A DNA stretch of 64,000 nucleotides, taken from NCBI GenBank assembly GCA_964035545.1, contig OZ037767.1, positions 14,574,998 through 14,638,997 on the forward strand. Reading direction: 5' to 3'. Under the pieces are notes generated by a model. It worked only from the letters and a program-made list of their open reading frames with translations. It searched no databases and was not told the origin of the DNA. The DNA comes from Bugula neritina (Eukaryota; Animalia; Bryozoa). The position numbers were made by a program, and so were the translations under genes. This document shows, piece by piece, positions 53,701 to 64,000 of the stretch; the first letter of the stretch is position 1, and the number at the start of each line of letters is the position of its first letter.

Positions 53701-56700
53701 TGTATTGTGATTTATTTGTTATATAATTCTATTGAATCAGCCCTGTTTTAAGCTATTGTGTTGTTTTTTATTATCTTCAGATATCATATTATTTTTATTC
53801 ATGTTGTGTTCTACACTTCACTATTTATAGAACATGGTTGTAATTAGTTGTGTTCTACACTTTACTGTTTGTAGAACATCGTTATACTCGAGCTGCGTGA
53901 CTAAGATGAATTCCGTGCCAGTCATCAGAGTTAATGGTGAAGACGCTGACTCTATGATAAAGGCAGCGGCTCTGGCTGTTCGTTACCGAAACACGTGGCA
54001 TAAGGATGTCATCATAGATGTTATGTGCTATAGAAGGTATAGTTATGTGCTATAGAAGGTATAGTTATGTGCTATAGAAGATATAGTTATGTGCTATAGA
54101 AGGTATAGTTGTATGCTATAGGAGCTATATTATTTATATGCTATAGAAGGTATAGTTATATGCTATAGAAGGTACTAGTTATGTGCTATAGAAGGTATAG
54201 TTATGTGCTATAGAAGATATAGTTATGTGCTATAGAAGGTATAGTTATGTGCTATAGATTGTATAGTTATGTGCTATAAAATACATAGTTGTATGCTATA
54301 GAAGGTACCATTATATGCAATAGAATGTATAGTTGTATGCTATAGGAGGTATAGTTATATGCTATAGAAGGGATAGTTATATGCTATAGAAGGTATATTA
54401 TTAATAGACTGAGCTCTTATCTTCTCTGTTTTGTAGACTGGGGCACAATGAACTGGATGACCCATCTTTCACTCAGCCAATCATGTACAGAGTTATAAAA
54501 GACAAGAAGCCTGTCCCCGACACATACCTGAATCAGCTCATTGTAAGTTGACCTCTCACCTAGAGGTCATTGTGGAAAGTGTAAATATATAAATATAGAT
54601 CTACAATAACATGTATGTTATTGTAGATCTATCTATAACTTTTAATGTAAGTGTATCTACTTCACCGTATCACACAGATGATAGCAATAAATATGTAAAA
54701 TCCGTAAACTGCTATTTTTACTGTGAGGCTTATAAAACTAACTATTAGCTTTGTTTTTATTGGTTACTGTGTGATGTTAGTCTAATAAGCACAGACAAGC
54801 TTTATCATATATAAGCATGGGAAGGTATATAAGCTATTTATAAGCTACACATAAGCTTCATATAAGCACATGTGTAACATTGTCCTCAAACAGGAAGAAG
54901 GGGTCTGCAAAGAAGAAGATATGAATGGAAAGATCAGTGGTTGGCATACTTACTTACAGCAACAGTTTGAGACTTCAAAGGAAGCTGTTATACAGGTGAG
55001 GACGTTGCGCTACTCTTTAATTGGCTAATGGTTGCCTAGCAACACTGCTATTTGTTGTCATGTGAAGTTTATAGCCTGTGTTCTCTGCCCCATGCAGGCG
55101 GATCACTTGGAGAAGCAGTGGAGTGGTATGACGCAGGCCTCCAGCAGTGTGACCACGTGGGACACAGGCGTTGATGAGCAGCTGCTGAGATTTGTATCTG
55201 TCAAGTCTGTGGAGGTTCCTGAAGATTTCGTAAGTTTTTAAGAGTTGAGATATTGTGTAGCTTTAGTTCTTTACTCTATAATGTAGCCTCATATATACTG
55301 TGTAGTTTTAGACATTTAGCATAGCCTTAAGTCTGTAGTGTGGTGGTAATTAGATTTATAGCAATGTCTTTAGCATATTGTGTAGCCCTAAGTCTATAGT
55401 GTAGCCTCAGGTTTATAGCATATACTTACACTCGTGTTATCTTAAGCGCTGCCTGTAGCATATTGCATAACCTTGAGTCTATAGCATAGCCTAAGTGCGC
55501 ATCATAGCCTTAGGTACCTACTAATATGCTGGTGTATTTGTAGACGGCCCATCCCACTCTAAACCGATCCCATATTCAGAGACGCAGAGAAAAAACTCAA
55601 CAAAGTTCTCCTATAGATTGGGCAACTGCTGAGGCTATGGCATTTGGTTCACTCCTGACACAAGGTTAGTTACAGTATACGTAGTTGTGTCCTCTTGTAA
55701 AAACAGCTGTTTGCTCTGATAGAAGTTTTCTTCTTTTTTATAAACAAGAGATTATTAGCTGTGTGCAATTCCATGTAAGTTGTCTTCTCATGCGTGAGAT
55801 GGTCCACGGTGATTTTTTAAATTTATTAAAGATTATTTTTATCGATTTTTTTTGCTGATTATCAGACAGTCTTGGAAACAATAAGTAAATTCCTCTAGTT
55901 TCAGATATAGTTGGTTCACAGAATTGGATTGTACACTCCCTAAATATATAATTTATACAATTTTATTCATTATGGAGTTGTCTTATTATGATGTAAACTT
56001 ATGGAAAGGAATCTGCGGTTACTCACATTACAGCTCCAGACAGATTAAGATATTGAAATGTTTATCCTATATGAGAAGAATTTTGTTTCTACCATTTTTG
56101 CTATCAACTTATATTTATCAGGATACGATGTGCGAATCAGCGGACAGGATGTAGGGAGGGGTACGTTTAGCCACCGACACATCATGCTAGTTGACCAGGA
56201 AACTGACGCTATACATATACCTCTGAATCACATGTACGACGAGCAGACCAACTTCCTGGAGGTGTGTATTGAGTTTGTCTTGGAGATTCCTGCTCTATAG
56301 GTTTGGGCACATGTTGTACTCATACTTTTACATTCAGGTAGGCAACAGTATTCTATCAGAGGAGGCAGTCCTCGGCTTTGAATACGGCTTCTCTATTGAA
56401 TCTCCTCGTTGTCTCACCATCTGGGAAGCTCAGTTTGGTGACTTCTTCAATGGAGCTCAGATTATGATAGACACTTATATTTCATCTGGAGAAGGTGGGC
56501 GGTCTTACTAGAGTCGTATTTATTTGTGTCTTTGTCTAGCTGTGTATATCTGGTGCTACTGTCTAGCCGGTACTGTCTAGCCGGTACTACTGTCTAGCTG
56601 TGTCTAGCCGGTGCTACTGTCTAGCTGCTGTTGTTACTGTAGCCAAGTGGCTGAGGCAGACCGGGCTAGTCATGCTGCTGCCCACCGGGATGGACGGAGC

Positions 56701-58234
56701 TGGTCCTGAACACAGCAGCTGCCGTCTGGAGAGGTTCCTGCAGCTGACAGACAGCAAGGAGGAGGAGGCGGATGGGGACGATGTTAATATGTATGTCGCC
56801 CACCCCACCACACCCTCACAGTACTTCCACCTGCTACGTAGACAGGTAACCTAGTTTATTACTATTTAGTATAGCTGTTGGCTGTTCAGATCCTATGTAT
56901 GACTCATAGATTAGGTAGTCTGTCTGTATGTCCACATAATCACCTCCTCTCTTTACACAGATGTTGAGAAACTTTCGGAAGCCTTTAATTGTCGGGTCAC
57001 CAAAGACACTGTTGCGTCTTCCAGCTGCCGTTTCTACTCTACCTGACATGGCACCAGGAACTCACTTTCACCCCGTGCTGGACGACAGCGTGGTGGACAA
57101 GTCAAAGGTGTCTAAGGTTGTCTTCTGCTCTGGGAAGCACTTCTATACTCTGGCAGAGGAGCGAGACAAGAGAAAGGCTACAGACGTTGCTCTCGTCAGA
57201 CTAGAGGTCAATTGCTTATCAGATTGTCATTGTGTAGCATCTTGTCTCAACTTCTTATTTTTTTAGGCGGTTAATGAATGAGTTGCTGCTCTTTCTTACT
57301 TTTTAAAGTTTATGTTTCTGATGTTTAAATGCGTAATTTAAAGTTAGAAATTGGTAGACTTCAACGCGTCCCTGTAAGATATTAGACAGCCTTAGTTGAA
57401 CTGCACTGTCACACTGAGTATTATTATTATTTCAGTATAAAATTTCACAAGTCCACGCCATGGGTGTATAATTTGTTATACCGATAGGAAGTTGAACAAA
57501 TACTGCTAGACTCGGTTATTCTGGTATTTTCTATATAATTAAGGTGGAATGTCATGTTTTAGGAGTTGTGTCCTTTTCCAACCCAATCTCTTCAACATGT
57601 GATCAAATCCTATCCTTCCGCTAAGCAGTTTATATGGTCTCAAGAAGAACACAGAAATTATGGAAGTTGGAGTTTCGTCAGGCCGAGATTTGAAAACTTG
57701 GTAGGAGTGAAGGTATGTACCTTGCTGTGTGAAATGGCATTAGATATTATGTAACATTCTGATGTTTGTTTTTTATGTGTATTATTTTAGATTGTAGTGG
57801 GTCATTATGAATTGAGTACACTTCTGCTCAGTCTTGTTGTGAACGTTTATGGCTCTGTTTCATTAACATGTTCTATGATATAGTTATTAACAGCTGTTTA
57901 GAACACATCAGGAAATTAATCTTGCATAAAACTTATTTGCAGAATGTCATTGGAGTTACATTTTCAATTCATAAAGTTATATATGATACAACTTAAAGCC
58001 ATGTATAATATTGTAATGTTATTTTTCATTTCTTGGAGTTATTTTTAACATCTTAGAGCTATTTATAATTCAATAGTTATTTATTATACAACTTGGGGTT
58101 ATTTATATCTTATTTATGATATATTTTAGCTTGGATATGCAGGTAGGGCTGAGCTAGCTGCCCCAGCATGTGGTATGGGTATAGTTCACAAGACAGAGTG
58201 TGCCAATATTCTAGAAAGTACTTTCAACTCTTGA
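47788..58234 (+). CDS. DHTKD1: 2-oxoadipate dehydrogenase complex E1 component, mitochondrial (DHTKD1), 20 coding exons
   Basis: Exons 47788-47938, 48475-48601, 49231-49406, 49585-49692, 50439-50550, 50814-50975, 52014-52087, 52293-52436, 52728-52843, 53875-54036, 54437-54542, 54894-54995, 55098-55229, 55544-55664, 56122-56261, 56338-56494, 56643-56845, 56961-57206, 57563-57712, 58130-58234. Motifs: [23 protein letters not shown] (DHTKD1-type, versus GDVKYHL in OGDH), [84 protein letters not shown]. Confidence 0.95.
48920..49160. repeat. 31-bp intronic minisatellite (CACCTGCACACTCAGCTCACAGTGTCTAGAG)
   Basis: Direct reading. Confidence 0.9.
50090..50225. repeat. 15-bp array (GTAGTTAGCAGGGGT)n
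   Basis: Direct reading. Confidence 0.9.
50552..50805. repeat. 23-bp array (TATTCATATCTATACCAGCTCTA) occupying almost all of intron 50551-50813
   Basis: Starts at intron position +2. Confidence 0.92.
54020..54396 (+). repeat. 22-bp array made of the last 17 exonic nt plus 5 intronic nt (GTTATGTGCTATAGAAG|GTATA), about 17 copies
   Basis: True donor at 54037 fixed by the conserved [11 protein letters not shown] reading. Confidence 0.95.
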
Positions 58235-59740
58235 TGAATAATATGTAGCAGAGGATGGCAGGAGTACATAACTCCCGTTGGCTACAGCACATGACCTTTT
58301 CCTCAGTTGACAGAAAGTTCAAAATTTTTTAAAACAGAATGAAAAGCAGTTGTAAAACACAAATCTCTAGAAGTTGAGTTTGTATAAAATAATTTACAGT
58401 TTTTTGGAATACCAACTAGACTGGGATGTTACACAGATACATTTTTATGTAATTGGAACAAAGTTCTAACACTCAAAACTGTAAGAACTTTTACTTTATT
58501 TACTCAGAATATACCTATATTTATTACTCCTAAATGGGGGTTGTCTTCTCTTTGGCATAACAAACCTGAATGTCTTAATACCATTGGTTTTGTGTTCACC
58601 AGTTGACTGCGCCTCTAGAATATGCTGGAAATGAGGCTTAAAAGGCCATAAAAGTTGAGCTCTCACTATTACTTTGTTTAAACTATTTAAAACTGCTTTT
58701 AAACTATAAAAAGCTGCCTGGAACTGAAAATATGTAAAATCAAAGTCCTATTGCACATCTGCATGGTAACTGCTATTGGAACAGTTACTAGTAGTCATAC
58801 AATAACTACTAGTAACTGTTGCCGGTATTAAGAGTTGCATAAGTTTCTTTGCCAAAGGTAATAGTTACTAGTTACTGGTAAGAGTGATTGTTGCATGTAG
58901 TGGTGATTTAGCTGCCTAATTTACTTGTGTATACAGATAACTAACCATAACTACTTGCTAAGAAAATTTGTTACTTTTTATTATTTTTTTTATTAGGCTC
59001 TTTTATAAAATAGTTTTGTACCAAATTGTGGTACTGAAATTAGATATTAATATAATACTTTATTTACAGCTAACTGGCTAACAGTAACCATCAGTCATTA
59101 CATAGTCGCATGTTTTTTAACAGCTATTTTTACACCATTTAGTTGAATGCACACAAACATATGATGTAAAATGCACCTTGTTGAAAAATATCGATAATCT
59201 AACATAAATGTTATAACTTTATAAAGTATATGCTTACATAAAAACATATCTATATAGAAATATGGCCGACATAAGTACAAAATTTAAAAACTGAAAAACA
59301 GTTGAGGAATTGGCGTATGCCATGCATATAAATAAAATAAATATCCGTAGCGGCTAACTGTACTCTTCAACATGCAGTTAGCTTGTACTGTATATATCAA
59401 CGCTTAGCTCTGCTATTTCTAAATCATGTGAGAAGCAGGCTACTGGGGTACATAAAATACCGCTTAGGAAAAGAATATGGAGGGTAGACAACTACTGGCA
59501 ACATCCATAATTTCGAAATTGTCTTCTCAGCAAATTAAACTGGTGCCATGAATAAGGACACTTGACCGAAATAGATATATGCCAATGTTTTTGGTACTAG
59601 CATTAAGGCCTGGGAAAGACCCTACAACACACTATTACTATGCTAAGGGGTCTATTAGTATGCACCGAATTAACCAATAAAAATATCCAACAATATCTAA
59701 AAGTATGCTAGGCATATTCAGTATTACGAAGGCTTAGAGG

Positions 59741-60556
59741 TCAGTGTGTATTCTCCTTGCTGTCCACCAGCTCCACCTGTCTCACAATGTGTTGGTGCTC
59801 CTCTAGCAAGTTCTGTAGTATCTGCTTCCTTTGCTGCGCTTCTATCTGCAAGGTACAAGGTACCAGTTTACTACTGCAGTTCACACCCTCAGTACACTAC
59901 TTAGAAAGCATTTTTATATGCCCCGAAAAAAATTATGATCATGATCTGAGGGGCAAAGAAGCAACGCCGATCTTAAGAAATTCACTCTGAATGGCCAGAT
60001 AATTTAAATAGTATTTCCAGCCTTTAGTATGACCTGCAGTCTTAATGACATTGAGTTTTACTGGAGACATCAAACTTACTTTCATGGACTTGGCGGCATC
60101 TTCTCCCAGTTTCATCTTCTGGATACGTTCTGATATGGAATTCTTGTGTACCAAGGGTTCTATACTAACCAATCAAACATTATACAGCAACAATAGACAA
60201 TAGCAGTAAAAGTATTAACTCCAAAGAAATATAGAAATGAACAAAATGCTGACTTCTACACCGACATCTCTATGTCTAAGAGAGTTTTTGATAATACCAG
60301 GTCATACCTTCGCAGTCTGGTGATTGGGATTTGTATACTTCATCGTGAAACACATCTCCACTATCGTCTATTTCCAGTGGTCGAATGTTTCCATCTTCTG
60401 TTTCTATGGCGATATTTATTTGGGGTTTGAAGGGGTGTTTAGTTGACTGAGTGATAGGCTGCTGATTAGATACATTTTCATTGGCAGAATTTAAAGGCTC
60501 TTTTGCAGCTAGTGTTTTCTTCATTATGGGCATAGCTTTGTCAAACCTGCCTATCA
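59741..60556 (-). CDS. Last three coding exons of an unidentified gene; disordered region followed by a short C-terminal coiled-coil-like helix
   Basis: Exons 60556-60308, 60159-60080, 59845-59741 join in phase with GT-AG sites: ...IGRFDKAMPIMKK...SPDCE/EPLVHKNSISERIQKMKLGEDAAKSMK/IEAQQRKQILQNLLEEHQHIVRQVELVDSKENTH*; upstream exons not located. Confidence 0.65.
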
Positions 60557-63500
60557 CTACAAATAAGTATTCAGTTATTAATTGAAATGCTTACAGTAGT
60601 GTATTATACCAGGTTATTTTTTATAAATTAAACTAAAATTTGAGATGAATGGTAAATAATATATTTAAATCACTCAACTAATAAAAACTAATGAGAAAAC
60701 AAGGTTTTAGGTTGCTTATTTCTACTATTCCCTGTAGAATGGTAGAAATACACAATGCCACATACTATTTATTATATATAATGCAGTTATATTATAGTTG
60801 GGATTAACTGCACAGTCACGAGGGTTTTATTGAAATACTAGACTTCAAGTGACATTTTTAAGGCACAGAATATCTATTTTTAAAATAATACACTCATGGA
60901 ATGCTGAACAAGAAGAGATTACCGTTGGTTATAGATTATCTTGAAATCAAATGAAAGTTATCATTCAGTACGAAGGGTGAACTAGACGCAACTTTTATGA
61001 TTCTAAGCTACCACTTAATCCGATTTCAAGAATAGGGAAAATATTGATCCAGTAATTAGTAACATGTATTCACTCATTAATAAGATAGTCTACTTCAGTA
61101 TCTCTCTTGACGTAACCCAATCGTATTAAAAATAGAACATTTGAGGAAATGCAATTGATGTAAGGCATTGATATTGCTGCCACGATGAGTTCAGCTCATT
61201 CACCTTGAAGTAATGTAGCTAATAATCAGGCCGCAATTCTCCTACTCCAATACACTCAACACCTATACATATAATACATGTATATATGGATTTACCATTT
61301 CAATTACGGTGTGCATTGAGTATCTTTGCCCAGAGCCTCATTGCAAGAGGTGTGCAACTTTATTTTTAATTAGAAAGTTGAGGACACAGAATTCTCCTAT
61401 TTTTTGTAATGAACAGAAGCTTCTGACATGACAACTTCCATAAACATATGCTAGATTGTTGCTAGGAAACCAGATTGCAAAGATGGTTCCCATAATCTCA
61501 AAAATTTAGACTTGATACCATGTTTAACATCATATAGGGATTTCTGGTGAACAAACTTAATTTCCAATACTTATGGAATTACTTTCTAGAAAGGTGATAT
61601 ACATAGACTGGCATAAACCACTATAATATCAACCAACTGATCCCCCAGCTTCAACCCTAAGAAGTATTTAATTACTTTATAACCTTACAACACCTTGGAA
61701 ATTTCAAATGACGTTTGCAACATCTCTGAGAGTTAAATTAAATTAAATTCAGTCAGACACCATTTTATTACTTCCAGCTAGTAGTCCTTGCTACAAATAA
61801 GTAGGATGCTAATTATCTTTACCAAACTGCCTCAATCAGAGCTAATTTGAAAGGTGTGGGGGTCAGGGCAGGTGTCAGCTATAGGCTTGGTCTTAATTAA
61901 CTTGGATTAAATTAGATTATAGTACAACTAAACAACTCTGAAACTGATGGCGCAACTTTTAAGGGAAGTACATTTGGAAATTAGAAATTATAATTTTTGG
62001 CTGTAAGTTACAGCATTTTATCAGGAGCTATGACCAGTCAATAAATATCTTGTTTCCACTTCCTATATTTACAGAATAATCACCATTTAACTAGAAATTG
62101 CAGTTTCCCATGTCAGGTTTATTGGCTGTATTACAGTTTATGCTGTTCTTGTCATCATCTCGAAATACAATGAAAATAAAGCTAAAAATACTACATGAAT
62201 TATACATTGAGCATCTCAAATGAAGTCGTGGTCCAGTGAAATGCAGCCATATTATGCTTTATTTTTAACCATCTGACGCTTTCCACAACACCAACTGTGG
62301 GTTCTATTTATACTTCAAGCAAAGTGCATCTCTTGCCAGCAATTAGAATATAGCTCAACTGAAACATAGGGGGAGGCCTCGGTCATTAATACCTGACTGC
62401 CTTATATTCAGATAAAGGCTACACAACTTGTGTGCTTTAGAAGCTGCAAGCAAAATTTTTCTGCTGCATTTTGAGCTCTTAGCAAGCATGAAGTTGTCAA
62501 AGGGAGGGGGTATGTCTCCATCCTACACAATATGCATATTACCTATAATTATATGCACATTTAGAATGCACACTTATAAATTTTATGTTCATTATGCAAC
62601 ATGAATCAACTGCATATATTTTGTTTTGGGATAAAGTTGCATATAAGCTAGATGTAGCATAACTCTTGCAGTATTGAGATGAGATGAAGTGTAATATGTA
62701 CAGAGCGTGGCAGCTTTAAGCCCTTAGCCTAGAAGTTCAACTGTTTACATATATTTCAGGTCAGGGCATGAAAGGCTAGTCAACACCAAACAAGTTCAAG
62801 CAGTTCATTATTGGTTTACATGGCTAAATATAATCCTTCCTTTAAAATAGGTGCATCTTGGCAATGCCCATACATCATTAGTTCTAACAGTGGTAGCAAA
62901 AGGAGTTATCTTTCCTGATGAAACAAGCCAGCCCCCTCAAATACCAAATGTAACATTAGAAAGTTATAAAATTAAGGATAAAAATCTCTAGTATTTTGGG
63001 AAACTTTTGTTAGAGCACAAGAAGGCAATGAACCAAAAGGGGGGCACAAGTGTCACAATGGTGTAAGTGTACTATGGTGTGATAAATCACAGAATATCTC
63101 TAAGCGGAAAATTCAGCCTACAAAAATAGTAAAACCCATAATCCATAATCACCTTCGGTATAATTAATCATTTCTCAGACTGACAGGGCTTAACCTCAGA
63201 GTAACTAAACATGGATGTTGTCAATGCATTTACCACTACTTTTAATAGAATGCAGTGAGATAAGTTTAAGCACTTGATGGATTAGATCCTAACTAGATTC
63301 AGATTTTATACCACAATTCAACCTAACTAAATTACAAAAGTACTACAACCTACACAAATAAACTTACAGTAATGGGGTGTTTTGTCAGTAAAGTTATACG
63401 CAACACAAGCCTACATGCACACAGTACCCCATGCGTGCCTAGCTAAATTGCATTACGTTATCTCATCAGAAGCTGTCTAGACGCAAGATATTAATAACAG

Positions 63501-64000
63501 CTGCACAACAAGCCATGCAGAGCCCCACTCTGCTGACTCATAGCTGCATGAGAGGTGATGGAGTCAACTGAACATGGCACGGCTAATAATAGTAATATTT
63601 GCATATATCGGCACAGCTACCCTTTACTCTTCCTTATCACAAGGTCTACAGTTCATTGTTATTCACATTTGAAATACATAAATGAAAATAATTAATATGA
63701 CATTCATTTCTCAAGTGCTGCATCCGGATTATAAGATACAATATAATATCATACAAACACCATAATAATATTTTATCTGATTATCTATATCATTTTATGT
63801 CATTAGCAACTTAAATTAGAATAAAAGTTGCATATTTAATACATAATCATCTCACATGATATTATTTCGTAAAAATATATGTGATTCAGAGTTTATATTA
63901 TAGATTATAGCAGCACATATTGTACCATTCATTTCTTAATAAACAGTAGATGCATGGTGCAATATGTAACATGTATTGTGGTAGTAATGTAATGAGTAAC

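Noticed and set aside
60600-64000. Search for upstream exons of the last gene
   Set aside because: Candidate AG/GT-bounded segments (near 61260 and 62160) contain in-frame stops; nothing supportable.

Overview
AT-rich, intron-dense invertebrate (metazoan) nuclear DNA; the species cannot be fixed from the sequence. Five protein-coding loci: (1) the full coding region of a beta-spectrin gene (+, 41 coding exons, 2996-30572: two CH domains, 17 spectrin repeats, PH domain); (2) a signal-anchored GMC oxidoreductase (-, 33320-39559); (3) mitochondrial RNase P catalytic subunit PRORP/MRPP3 (-, 40473-44815), head-to-head with (4) DHTKD1 (+, 47788-58234); (5) the last three exons of an unidentified gene (-, 59741-60556). 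Also a TA-flanked Tc1/mariner-type MITE, a tRNA-headed SINE with a second truncated copy, and a nested palindrome cluster. Two patterns stand out. First, many introns carry their own private tandem repeat, and in about 14 cases the repeat unit copies the exon-intron junction itself, creating arrays of decoy donors/acceptors and CAG|GT recursive-type sites. Second, beta-spectrin introns hide candidate alternative exons: a PH-less Ser-rich terminal exon (27767-28063), a truncating or cassette exon in repeat 7 (17263-17334) and a 21-nt microexon (19689-19709). All exon coordinates were read by hand and none is confirmed by transcript data.
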